A stretch of 30,175 nucleotides of DNA from a virus (Duplodnaviria > Caudoviricetes), in the IMG/VR virus record IMGVR_UViG_3300037782_000107, positions 1 through 30,175 of that record. One strand, given 5' to 3'. Below are positions 1 to 8,700 of the stretch, one piece after another. The notes beneath the pieces are model-generated. The model worked only from the letters and a program-made list of their open reading frames with translations. It was not told the DNA's origin and ran no database searches. A program made the position numbers and the translations under genes. Every line of letters begins with the position of its first letter. Position 1 is the first letter of the stretch.

Positions 1-93
1 CTTGATCACGAGGCGGGCAGCTTCGTCGGGCACGGTACGCATCGAGACCTTCTCGATGATGCCGACCAGCTCACCGATCTGCGCTCCGTTCAA
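1..93 (-). CDS. Partial ORF (LNGAQIGELVGIIEKVSMRTVPDEAARLVIK...), either a separate head gene or the frameshifted C-terminal extension of the portal
   Basis: Open frame running off the window edge with GC-rich third positions. TTG at 93 follows AAGGA. The frame stays open upstream to the G9 tract at 114-122. Confidence 0.6.
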   Translation of the reverse strand, partial: MNGAQIGELVGIIEKVSMRTVPDEAARLVIK

Positions 94-1633
94 GGCTTCC
101 TTCTGAACGTCTGCCCCCCCCCTCCTCGGTACCAGCGGGCACTTCGCCGCCCTCGGTATCGCCGTCCGGTGCTGCGCCCGGGGTCACGCGACCCGCCTTG
201 GCCAGCTCCTGCGCCTCCCGCTCCTTGAGCTCGGTCTCGGCCTCGGCGAGTAGCGTCGACACCTCCTCGGGCGAGAGGTGGTTCAGGACCATGCGCAGCG
301 CCTTCTCGCGCGTGATGAGTCCTTGCTCCAGTAGGAACGCCACGACGGCGAGACGCTCCTCGACCGTGAGCACCGGCGTGCCTTCCGGGAACTCGGTCTC
401 AACGTAGGGGTCGAGGCGCTCGTTCTCGTGTGCGAACCAGACGTCGCTCGAGCACCGGTGCACGTCGCGCTCCCACGCACGGGCGACGTTCGTCCGCCGT
501 TTCGCGTCCTCGCGCAACATCCCAGCGCGGACGAGGATGGCCCTACCTGACTCGACCACAGCCTGCTTCAGCCGCAGCGTCGATGCCGGGAGATCGTTGC
601 CAAGCGCGAAGGCCTCGAAGAGCAGCATGATGCCGCTCTCCATGCCGCCGAGGTTCGCCCCGTTCGCCGCGAATCCCGCCAACGCGCCCTTCTTCAGCTT
701 CCAGACATGCTCCGGGGCGAGCGCGATCGTCGCATCTTTCTGGACGTCACCAGCGATGTACGGCTGCCCGCGCTGCAGAGCGAGCGCGCGCAGAAACTCG
801 GTGATCGCGTGGTTGAGCGCGCGGATGTTGAGGAGCGTGTCGGGGCCACCCCACGGCTGCCCCCAAAACGACCGGCCTCGCTTCGTCACGGCGTTGCGCA
901 ACGGGACGCACGGCACGCGGCCGTAGCCGTGCGCGTGGAAGAGCTCGCCCTCTTCGTTCTCGACGATCTCCCAGTTGCGCCCGAACGCCTTGCCCTCGAT
1001 CCAGCACTGCACCTCGCTGTCCCAGTACTCCCAGACACAAACGTCGTGCTTCGTGCCCGCGACCGCAGCCGGCTCGATGTGACGCAGCACCGCCACGGCC
1101 TCGATCTCGTGCGGTCGCCCGCGCGGCGAGATCACGACGAACGACTCCGGCTCGAACCATGACAGCTTCAGCCCACGCCGAGCCTGGTCCTCCTGGTCGT
1201 GCTCGACCATCACGAGCAGCGTTCCGAGCAACCGGACGTAGGGGTCCATCTCGTCGAGCACGGCCGAGAGGCCCGCGTCGTGGCGCCAGAGAACATCGTT
1301 CCATCGCTCCGTGTTCTCTTCGTCGGCGCCGCGCCGGATGACCTCCTCGTTGTAGACGTAGGAGAGGTCGTTGATGCACTTCCGAAGCACGTTCGGCGTG
1401 AGCTTCGGGCGCACGCCGAAGTTCACGTCGGACTCCCGCGGCATCTTCGGCACGAGCCCGTTGGTCGCCTGCTGGTCACCCTCGTAGGCGAGGCGCAGTC
1501 GCCGCATTGCGCGCCGGCGCTTCGCGTCCGCCGAGACGTTCCACATCGCCTCGAGCTTCGTGATGCGCTGCCGTGCGCGCTCGGTCGCCTCGACCGGCAA
1601 GTCGTCGATCGTCAGGTATGCTGGCGCTGCCAT
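71..1633 (-). CDS. Phage portal protein (SPP1 gp6-like)
   Basis: 520 aa, directly downstream of and overlapping terL. Contains the HGYGRVPCVPL motif, the SGRAILVR segment and an acidic low-complexity tail typical of portals. Confidence 0.85.
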   Translation of the reverse strand: MAAPAYLTIDDLPVEATERARQRITKLEAMWNVSADAKRRRAMRRLRLAYEGDQQATNGLVPKMPRESDVNFGVRPKLTPNVLRKCINDLSYVYNEEVIRRGADEENTERWNDVLWRHDAGLSAVLDEMDPYVRLLGTLLVMVEHDQEDQARRGLKLSWFEPESFVVISPRGRPHEIEAVAVLRHIEPAAVAGTKHDVCVWEYWDSEVQCWIEGKAFGRNWEIVENEEGELFHAHGYGRVPCVPLRNAVTKRGRSFWGQPWGGPDTLLNIRALNHAITEFLRALALQRGQPYIAGDVQKDATIALAPEHVWKLKKGALAGFAANGANLGGMESGIMLLFEAFALGNDLPASTLRLKQAVVESGRAILVRAGMLREDAKRRTNVARAWERDVHRCSSDVWFAHENERLDPYVETEFPEGTPVLTVEERLAVVAFLLEQGLITREKALRMVLNHLSPEEVSTLLAEAETELKEREAQELAKAGRVTPGAAPDGDTEGGEVPAGTEEGGGRRSEGSLERSADR

Positions 1634-3366
1634 CGTTTCTTCACTCCCAGGTCTTGCTCGATCATCTCGACGTCGGGGTCACCCCACGCCTTGAGCATCG
1701 CGAACTGTGCTGCGTCCGCGCCGTGACTCGACGCGTCGCGCTTGTTGGGCTTCGGGCGTCCGGCCTTCAGCGAGCTCGGGGACCAGTGGTAGCCCTCGAA
1801 GCACTCGACCAGGCTCGGCCGATTCGGGTGGTGTCGGATCGCGCACGACGGCGAGAAGAAGACCTTCCCGTGCTTGATGTTCAGCCGCATCGCCTGGATC
1901 GACCCTGCCGAGTAGGCGATGCCCTCGACGTCGATGCCGTAGCGCGCCAGGTTCTCGAACCAGCTCTCGGCCTCTTCCTGAGCGCGCCCGCCGTGCATCC
2001 GATTGCCGGAGAGGTTGCCGCTCATGTCGCCGACGCGGGCGTCGGGGTCGCGGCCTCCGGTGTTCGTTGCCGTCCACCACCCGGCCTCGGCAACGTCGTC
2101 CGCAATCTCGTCGACCTCTTCGAGCCCCCACGAGCGGTAGTCGACGAAGACGAGCATGTCCTGGTCGCGCGTCGACACGTGCGCGGCCCAGCAGACGAAC
2201 GTGGCCGACGGCCCGTTGCCGAAGTCCCACGCCTCGATCCACTCGACATTCGTTCGCCAGAGGAACGGCTCGACCGCGTCCTCCCACATCTCGTCGGAGT
2301 AGACGTGGAGGTCGCGGTCCATCTCCGGCCAACACCGGTCGGGCATCGACGCGTGGTAGTCGATCTCCTGCTCCTGCGCCCAGCTCTCCGCCGAGCGCCG
2401 CGCCTTCTCGCGCTTGCGCCACGCCTTGCCCTCGGGCGTCGACGGGTCCTTCGCTGGGTGCCGCGAGTAGTGCAGCCGGATGTGCAGCCAACCGATGCCC
2501 TTGCTCTCGTACGCGACACCCTCTTCGACCACGTCGCCGAGCTCGCCGTGGACGACCCGGGCGAAGTCGTTGTTGCGGCCCTGCACCGAGCTGATGAGCA
2601 CCTGCGCCGGCGTCACGTCGTTGATCGCGTCGAGCATCCGCTCGAGCAGGTCGATCGCCGCCGCCTCGTCCACGAGTACTCGCCGGAACCGGTGCTGGCG
2701 GAAGGCGTCGCCGACCGTGCTGCTGCCGAAGATCACACCGCCGTTCGACGGGTTCTTCAGCTGCATGTGCGTGTCGACGCGCCGGTTCCGCTTCGCCTCG
2801 CGCCAGCCGTCTGGACGCATCCAGGCTGGCTGGTGCTTGATCAGGTAGCGCAGGCGGCCGAAGAGGCTGACACCCTCCTGGTCGCCAACGTCGACGTCGC
2901 GCTCCATCCGAGCGAGGATGCCGAAGCTCTCGCCGTGGAACTGCCACTGCCAGACGATGCAGGCGAGCATCGTCCAGGTCGCGCCCATGTCGCGGCTCTT
3001 GTCGAGCGCGATCGGCCACAACTCGCCGTTGCTGTCGAGGTAGCGCTCGTCCTCGCCGAGGAACCAGCGTGCCACCTCGCGCTGGAAGTCCCAGAGCACG
3101 AACGGCAAGTGCCCTGGCTTGCGGTTCTTCCGCGGGTCGCGGGTCCAGGCGAAGTTGTCCGACCAGAAATCGAAGTCGCGCTTGCAGCGCCGGTGCACGT
3201 ACTCGCGAACGACCGGGTTCGCGTTGCATCCGTGGAGCACTCGGCGCCGCCGGACGCACTCTCGCCGCCACCAGCCGCGGAAGTCGGTGCCGCAGAAGCG
3301 CTCCGGCGTGAAGCTGAGCCGCGCGCGAACATCCGATCGCTCGAGCTCTCTCTGATGGTCGATCAC
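1612..3366 (-). CDS. terL: Terminase large subunit
   Basis: Walker A-like DKSRDMGAT, Walker B VLVDEAA, and an RNase H-like C-terminal domain (AWDFG ... SHGADAAQF). Confidence 0.95.
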   Translation of the reverse strand: MIDHQRELERSDVRARLSFTPERFCGTDFRGWWRRECVRRRRVLHGCNANPVVREYVHRRCKRDFDFWSDNFAWTRDPRKNRKPGHLPFVLWDFQREVARWFLGEDERYLDSNGELWPIALDKSRDMGATWTMLACIVWQWQFHGESFGILARMERDVDVGDQEGVSLFGRLRYLIKHQPAWMRPDGWREAKRNRRVDTHMQLKNPSNGGVIFGSSTVGDAFRQHRFRRVLVDEAAAIDLLERMLDAINDVTPAQVLISSVQGRNNDFARVVHGELGDVVEEGVAYESKGIGWLHIRLHYSRHPAKDPSTPEGKAWRKREKARRSAESWAQEQEIDYHASMPDRCWPEMDRDLHVYSDEMWEDAVEPFLWRTNVEWIEAWDFGNGPSATFVCWAAHVSTRDQDMLVFVDYRSWGLEEVDEIADDVAEAGWWTATNTGGRDPDARVGDMSGNLSGNRMHGGRAQEEAESWFENLARYGIDVEGIAYSAGSIQAMRLNIKHGKVFFSPSCAIRHHPNRPSLVECFEGYHWSPSSLKAGRPKPNKRDASSHGADAAQFAMLKAWGDPDVEMIEQDLGVKKRWQRQHT

Positions 3367-3791
3367 GCCGCAGCGTTCTCGGCCTCGATGAGCTCGAGAA
3401 TCGTGTCATCGTCCTGGTCCTCGAGCTCAGCGTCGTCGACCTTCTTGCGCTGCACGTCGTCGACCTGCATGGCGGCCTGTCGGTCGAGGCCCCGCCCGTA
3501 GAGCTCGGGCCACCGGCGCTCGAGCAGCCAGGCCTTCGCCACCCAGTCCTTGTTGCCTAACCAGATCGCCTCGAGAGCGCGGTGCTGGCACTCGGCCTCA
3601 GCCGTCTCCAGACGACTGAAGAACTCGCCGTAGACGCTGTCGGGGTCGGCCTGCCCCTTCCGCTTCCAGTTGTAGTAGGTCTGCTTGACGATCCCGACGC
3701 GTCGGCACGCCTGCTGGATCGGAAGGCCGTGCTCGATGTTCGAGCAGAGGTCCTCGATCATCTGCGTGGTCAGCTTCGTCTTGCGTCCCAT
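3363..3791 (-). CDS. terS: Terminase small subunit (HTH)
   Basis: MGRKTKLT start, HTH (QQACRRVGIVKQTYYNW) and AWLLERRWPELYG motif. ATGA-coupled to terL. Confidence 0.85.
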   Translation of the reverse strand: MGRKTKLTTQMIEDLCSNIEHGLPIQQACRRVGIVKQTYYNWKRKGQADPDSVYGEFFSRLETAEAECQHRALEAIWLGNKDWVAKAWLLERRWPELYGRGLDRQAAMQVDDVQRKKVDDAELEDQDDDTILELIEAENAAA

Positions 3792-4725
3792 CGTCGTTGC
3801 TCGCTGGCAGAAGGGGGAGGAAGTCCCCGCGAGCGTAGTATCTGAATTCGGTGAGCGCGGATTCGAGGAGCCGGCCAGCCCAGTCGGCCGAGACGTCCAT
3901 CGCCTCGGCGAGCTCCACGATGTCGAGCCCGCTCGGGTTCGCGTCGGCCACGTCGAGCGCGCAGCTCTGCGGGCTGTCGCGCAGGTGAATGTGCCCGCTC
4001 GCGTCGACGTCCAGGCCGAGGTTGTAGCGGCAGCCGAGCCACGGGCACGGCCGAGGTCCGTCGATGCACTCGGCGCGCGTTGCCGGCCGCTGTGGCGGAG
4101 GCACGTCGAGGCCCGGGATCGTCAGCTGCAGGCGATGGTGCCCGGCGCGGTACTGCGCTCGCTTCCGGGCGCGCCGCGCTCTCCTGGGCTGCGCTGGGGC
4201 GTCTCCTGGCTGCGTTTGACTCGGTGCTGCCGTGCTCTTCCTTTTTTGGGGTCCACATTTCTTGGAGACTGAGGCGGGCTCCTCAGCATTCTCGTCAAGA
4301 GACCCGGCCCCCCTCCCCCCTTGTTGCTCGCGCCAGGTGTAGACGCCGGTCCGACGCGCGACGAGTTCCATGTCGAGGCAGCCTCGCCGGCGGAGGTAGT
4401 GCACCGCGTTGGTCGCTGCCTTCTTCGGCACACCGAGGAGCGCTGAGACCTGCTCGACCGTGCGAGGCTCGGCCTGGATGAGCTCGGCCACCGCAGCGTT
4501 GAGCTCGCCGTGGCCGTAGGTACGACCAGCGGTCGCGGCCGGGCCGCGCACCTTGACCACCCCCTCGACCCACATCCGCTGTGCCTGGCCTGCGTCGACG
4601 AGCTCGAGCACCGCGTCGTGCGTCTGCTTCACCGTGAAGCCGAGTACTCGTGCGAGCGCATCGACGGGAAGCCATGCCTGGCCCAGGACGGCGCGGACCT
4701 GCTCTGCGATGCCCCCCTCAGCCAT
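3598..4725 (-). CDS. Multi-HTH DNA-binding protein: two N-terminal winged HTHs plus a Cys-rich/sigma70 region 4-like C-terminal domain
   Basis: RPATRAECIDGPRPCPWLGCRYNLGLDV...SCALDVAD...LDIVELAEAMDVS resembles a sigma70_r4-like family I associate with myxobacteria. Start placed at ATG 4725. The 3' end overlaps terS by 194 nt. Confidence 0.65.
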   Translation of the reverse strand: MAEGGIAEQVRAVLGQAWLPVDALARVLGFTVKQTHDAVLELVDAGQAQRMWVEGVVKVRGPAATAGRTYGHGELNAAVAELIQAEPRTVEQVSALLGVPKKAATNAVHYLRRRGCLDMELVARRTGVYTWREQQGGRGAGSLDENAEEPASVSKKCGPQKRKSTAAPSQTQPGDAPAQPRRARRARKRAQYRAGHHRLQLTIPGLDVPPPQRPATRAECIDGPRPCPWLGCRYNLGLDVDASGHIHLRDSPQSCALDVADANPSGLDIVELAEAMDVSADWAGRLLESALTEFRYYARGDFLPLLPASNDDGTQDEADHADDRGPLLEHRARPSDPAGVPTRRDRQADLLQLEAEGAGRPRQRLRRVLQSSGDG

Positions 4726-5125
4726 CTTCGAACACCACGACGCGGAGAGGCCGAGCCGCGTCGAGCGGATCGTTTGGAGCTGCCGCGACACCGATGTTCA
4801 GGCCTGGCAATTCGAGATCGAGACGATGATACCCACCACGAGTGCCAGCGGCACCAGGCTCCATCCTCGCCGTCGCCACGCGAGAGGGGTCGCACTCGGT
4901 GATGATCTCGATCAGCCTCGACCGCGCGCGGCGATCACCGCGTGCAGCCTGCAGCACCAGCTCGCCGCACGCGTCCAGGTTGAGCTGCCGGTCGCCCGCT
5001 TCTCCGAGCCTGACGTGGCGCTTGGCCACCTTGCGCCGGAGATGCGCAAGCAGTTCCCGCTCGGCGTCCTCATCGCCTTCGGCTGCTCGCAGGTACATGT
5101 TTCGTTCAGTGTAGAAGGTGCTCAT
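4718..5125 (-). CDS. Hypothetical protein with two short helical repeats (LRAAEGDEDAERELL / LQAARGDRRARSRLI)
   Basis: GGAG RBS before ATG 5125. The stop overlaps the next start. The C-terminal frame is uncertain (see findings). Confidence 0.6.
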   Translation of the reverse strand: MSTFYTERNMYLRAAEGDEDAERELLAHLRRKVAKRHVRLGEAGDRQLNLDACGELVLQAARGDRRARSRLIEIITECDPSRVATARMEPGAAGTRGGYHRLDLELPGLNIGVAAAPNDPLDAARPLRVVVFEDG

Positions 5126-5673
5126 CGGTACATCTCCGTCACGGGTGAATCCTCGGGCATGAACGGCCCCCGTCAATCATCGTTGAGCCACTGCACGCCA
5201 GCCATCTCGGACGCGGTCAACTGACGCATCTCGCCGGTATGCTCGTCTCGAATCCAAGACCGGCCGCGTTGCGCTCGAAGGCGCTCCTCTTCGACCCAGC
5301 GAGGTTGACGCCCTGATGGCGTGGAGATGAGCAGCGGGTGCACAGCGGATGGGTTGTCCACAGCGTGGATGCGAATGGTGCGCCTGAACCCGCGTCCGCT
5401 GGTGCGACATCGAGCAAGGAAGCCGTTGCCGCGGTCGTGGCAGTGGTGATACCCCCAGAAGCCACGGCGCCCTTGCGCCCTCACATCGCCAACGGCAGAG
5501 CACACCCGTAGCGCACTCCCCTCGCACCGCTCAGCTGACGATGTTCCGAGGTCCCACTCGAGCACCTGGTCGGCGCCACCCTGCCTGAGCCGTTCCCGCT
5601 CCAGGGTGTATGCGCCTGCGATGTCGCGAGCGTTGATGGCGTCCTTCTGCCTCATCGGTACATCTCCGTTACG
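5121..5673. repeat. 23-bp direct repeat pair CTCATCGGTACATCTCCGTYACG (5121-5143 and 5651-5673) flanking one ORF
   Basis: Seen directly; 22 of 23 positions are identical. Confidence 0.9.
5173..5655 (-). CDS. Hypothetical protein (160 aa)
   Basis: ATGA-coupled to the VRR-NUC stop, with a GGAG RBS. No family recognised. Confidence 0.55.
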   Translation of the reverse strand: MRQKDAINARDIAGAYTLERERLRQGGADQVLEWDLGTSSAERCEGSALRVCSAVGDVRAQGRRGFWGYHHCHDRGNGFLARCRTSGRGFRRTIRIHAVDNPSAVHPLLISTPSGRQPRWVEEERLRAQRGRSWIRDEHTGEMRQLTASEMAGVQWLNDD

Positions 5674-5990
5674 AAGCGCTGCACGTCGCCGACGCTGCGG
5701 CACACGGCAGCGTTCCAGCCGAGCAGGCTGAGGTTGTCGAGCCATGTCTGCTGCGCCTCGCTGATGCGACCCTTCGCCGTCTTCAGCTCGATGACGCACG
5801 GCATACCGTTGTGCGCCGCACGGCAGAGTAGCACGTCAGGGAAGCCTGGCTTGGCGCCCATCGCCTTGAGCTGCGCTCCTGTGCGCGACGTTCGAGCGCC
5901 GCCCAGCGGAACATGCAGCCAGGCACCGCGCGTCGCAGGGTGCCTGTCGAGCCATCGTGCGACGGCCTGGTGGAGTTTGTCCTCGTTCAT
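5652..5990 (-). CDS. VRR-NUC domain nuclease (Holliday junction resolvase-like)
   Basis: E-x-x-L-H-Q start, HVPLGG, GAKPGFPDV, IELKTAKGRISEAQQTW and AVCRS motifs. Confidence 0.9.
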   Translation of the reverse strand: MNEDKLHQAVARWLDRHPATRGAWLHVPLGGARTSRTGAQLKAMGAKPGFPDVLLCRAAHNGMPCVIELKTAKGRISEAQQTWLDNLSLLGWNAAVCRSVGDVQRFVTEMYR

Positions 5991-6294
5991 CGTTTTCACC
6001 TGTGGGCCTGTGGGCCACATTCGCCTAGGAGCCAGCGAAAACGGTTTCGCTGATGTTCTGTAAGTGCCTGTTTTCTCGATCTGCATATCTACAAAGGTTT
6101 TCTTACTGATTTCAGTGGTCAAAGTGGGTCATTTTGACTTTAGCTAGGTAACATCGGGCGTTCGGCGGGCCACATAGAGCCCCACATGATAACATCGAAG
6201 TGGGGACACTCGCCTGTCTCATGTTTCATTCCGACACGATGTTACAAACGGTGCCCCACATTCCTCATGTAACCTGGGGGCTTCTCTGGCCCAC
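5991..6294. other. Putative replication origin
   Basis: Non-coding, with an AT-rich core (~6040-6150) and repeated GTGGG(C/G)/(G/C)CCCAC-type motifs in both orientations. Lies immediately downstream of the primase-helicase. Confidence 0.55.
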
Positions 6295-8700
6295 CTAGAT
6301 GGGCAGATCGGTGTCCGGCTCCTGGAGGCCTCCGCTTGGCGCGAAGCCCCGAATTTTGCGCGACCCGTTGCGCTTGCGGTCGCGCACCCATCCGATTGCC
6401 GACATGGCGTCGGCGAGGCGTCGCCCGTTCCCCGCGTGCTGCTGCGCCTTCGGTAGGTCGAGTGCCTTCGCGAAGAGCTCGGTCGTCGCCACGAAGCCGA
6501 ATCGCTGGTTCGAGAGCAGCCAATCGGTGAGGATGTCCTCCCACGGGTCGCGCTCCGTCCGTTCGCGCTGCGCTGCGACGCACATCTGCACCTGCTCGGG
6601 CGACGACGGCCACCACTCCTCGCCGGCGTGGTAGCGCACGACGGCCTCGGCCCAGAGCTGGTCTCGGTCCTCGGCGAGTGCCTCCAGGTCGCTTCCACGG
6701 ATGCGCACCGGCCAGAAGCGCCGGTTGCCGGTCGTGTCGCGCAGGTAGCGATCTGAGTTCGTCGTGCCCGCGAAGACTGTGTTCCGCGGCTTCTTCCCAG
6801 GGTTGCGCCCGTAGCTCTTCCGGAACTTGTCCGTCGAGCTCGTCAGGTAGGCCTTCACCTGCTCGATCTGCTTGAAGTCCATCCCGCTGAGCTCGGCGAG
6901 TTCGTAGATCCACACGCCCGAGAGCAGCTGATAGGCGTCGGGCCCGCCGCGGCCGATCGGGAGCTCGGTGTCGCTGAACCAGTCGCCCCCGAGGATGCGG
7001 AAGGTCGTCGACTTCCCGGCGCCCTGCGCGCCCTCGAGGATGAGCATGTGATCGACCTTGCAGCCGGGATCGAACGCCCGGGCGACGGCCGAGATGAGCC
7101 ACCACGTGCCCACGCACCGGTGGTAGCGCGTGTCTTCGGCGCCCGCGTAGCGCTGCAGCCAGTTCGTCAGCCGCACCTCGCCGTCCCACTCGAGTCGGGT
7201 GAGGTAGTCGCGCACCGGGTGGAACGAGCGGGTGACACGGGCCACGCGGTCGACCAGGCCGTGGACGGTCGAAGTCCCGTAGCTGTGCGCGGCACGCCGC
7301 TCGAGCCAGCGCACGAGCTCGACTTCGTGATGGTCTTCGAGGGGCTCGCCGACGGCGAACCCTGCCCGGGCGGAGCGGTGAAGCCGCGGCCGTCGGAGGC
7401 AGACCACGCGGTCGAGCATCTCGTCGAAGCCGAAGCAGCCCTTCACCTCGCCGTGGTGCTCGAGGAAGAGCCCGGCGTTGTGCACGCGCTTGAGGATGCG
7501 CTCCTCGCCGTCCTTGTTCGGCGGGCTCATGAGCAGCCACTTGCGCCACGTGTCGGCCGCGGCGTCCTCGCCCGCGTCGACCTTCGCCTTCACGGCCTCG
7601 GCGACGGTCGTGAGCTCGGCGATGTCGTCCTCGGTCGGCGCGAAGTCATCCGCGACGCCATGGTGCGCCTGGAGCTCCGTCCAGCCATCGCCGAGCTTCG
7701 GCTTCCCGACGCACCGGTCTCCCGAGCACCCGGCGTGCACCTCACCTTCGGGTGTGATGATGATGCGCGCGGCTGGTCCGCCGCTGTGACCACCGGGGAC
7801 GCGCCAGCACGGGATCCGCCAACGGAACCCGCCGTTGTAGTCCTGGCGCCTGGCCGCTGGGTAGTGCTCGTCGACGAATCGCTCGACCTCGGCCAGGGTC
7901 TCGGCGTCCCACGACGACACGGGGGCCGGGCGAGGCTCTGCTGCCGTATTCTCAGGCTCAGGCTCGAAGGCGACGAAACTCTCCATCTGCTCGCGCGTGA
8001 GCAACTCACCATCGCCTGGGTCGAGGAGCGCGGCCTCGCGGTGACGCATCGTCCGGTACTCGTCGCCCTTGCGCGCCATCGTGCCGGGGCACTTCCAGAT
8101 TCTGGCAGCGTTGCCACACGTCCGGTCGACTTTGAGCTTCTCGGTGCCGAAGCGCCGGTTGAGTTCGTGGAGGACACCGTTGACGAGTTTCTCGGCCGGT
8201 CCGCCCTTCCCGTCGTTGGGTAGTCGGATGCGCCACATGAGGTGCGCGCCGTTGCCCGAATCCGATCGGACAGGGGCGGGCCAGCCCTCCGCTTGCATCG
8301 CCTCGGCGACGTGCTTGGCGTGCTCGAGCGCGAGCTCGTGCTCCTCGTCGGTCGAGCTGAGGCCGGCGGGACGCTGCACGTCGATGTCGACCAGGAGCCA
8401 GCGACGCTCGACCACGTCCTCGTCGTTCGTCGTCGTCTTCAACCCGGTGGTGAGTCGGTCCATGCTTCGAGCGAAGCACCGATCCTCGATCGGGTTGAGG
8501 ATGACGTACACGCCGCAGGCACCCTGGCGAGAGAGCGTCGCAGCGTCGCGAGCCATCGCGTCCAGGTCGTAGTAGTAGCCGGCGACGGTGCCTGCCGTGT
8601 ATCGCCCTTGCGGGACTGCGAGTCCGCGCACCTCGTAGAGCTGCCCCTCCTCGCAGAGCACTTCGAGCGCGGCGCGGACGCGCGGTTCGTTGTCTGTCAC
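6295..8700 (-). CDS. Primase-helicase: N-terminal AEP/RepB-like primase plus C-terminal VapE (VirE) P-loop helicase
   Basis: LLVDIDV, SDSGNGAHLMW and NAARIWKCPGT primase motifs. GCKVDHMLILEGAQGAGKST, WIYELAEL and FAGTTN...LRDTTGNRRFWPV are VapE motifs. GTG 8700 is coupled to the upstream stop. Confidence 0.9.
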   Translation of the reverse strand: MTDNEPRVRAALEVLCEEGQLYEVRGLAVPQGRYTAGTVAGYYYDLDAMARDAATLSRQGACGVYVILNPIEDRCFARSMDRLTTGLKTTTNDEDVVERRWLLVDIDVQRPAGLSSTDEEHELALEHAKHVAEAMQAEGWPAPVRSDSGNGAHLMWRIRLPNDGKGGPAEKLVNGVLHELNRRFGTEKLKVDRTCGNAARIWKCPGTMARKGDEYRTMRHREAALLDPGDGELLTREQMESFVAFEPEPENTAAEPRPAPVSSWDAETLAEVERFVDEHYPAARRQDYNGGFRWRIPCWRVPGGHSGGPAARIIITPEGEVHAGCSGDRCVGKPKLGDGWTELQAHHGVADDFAPTEDDIAELTTVAEAVKAKVDAGEDAAADTWRKWLLMSPPNKDGEERILKRVHNAGLFLEHHGEVKGCFGFDEMLDRVVCLRRPRLHRSARAGFAVGEPLEDHHEVELVRWLERRAAHSYGTSTVHGLVDRVARVTRSFHPVRDYLTRLEWDGEVRLTNWLQRYAGAEDTRYHRCVGTWWLISAVARAFDPGCKVDHMLILEGAQGAGKSTTFRILGGDWFSDTELPIGRGGPDAYQLLSGVWIYELAELSGMDFKQIEQVKAYLTSSTDKFRKSYGRNPGKKPRNTVFAGTTNSDRYLRDTTGNRRFWPVRIRGSDLEALAEDRDQLWAEAVVRYHAGEEWWPSSPEQVQMCVAAQRERTERDPWEDILTDWLLSNQRFGFVATTELFAKALDLPKAQQHAGNGRRLADAMSAIGWVRDRKRNGSRKIRGFAPSGGLQEPDTDLPI

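Noticed and set aside
4240-4258. A_AAA_AAG slippery-like run on the minus strand
   Set aside because: Not in phase with the 4725 gene. A shift from its own frame leads only to an unconvincing ORF.
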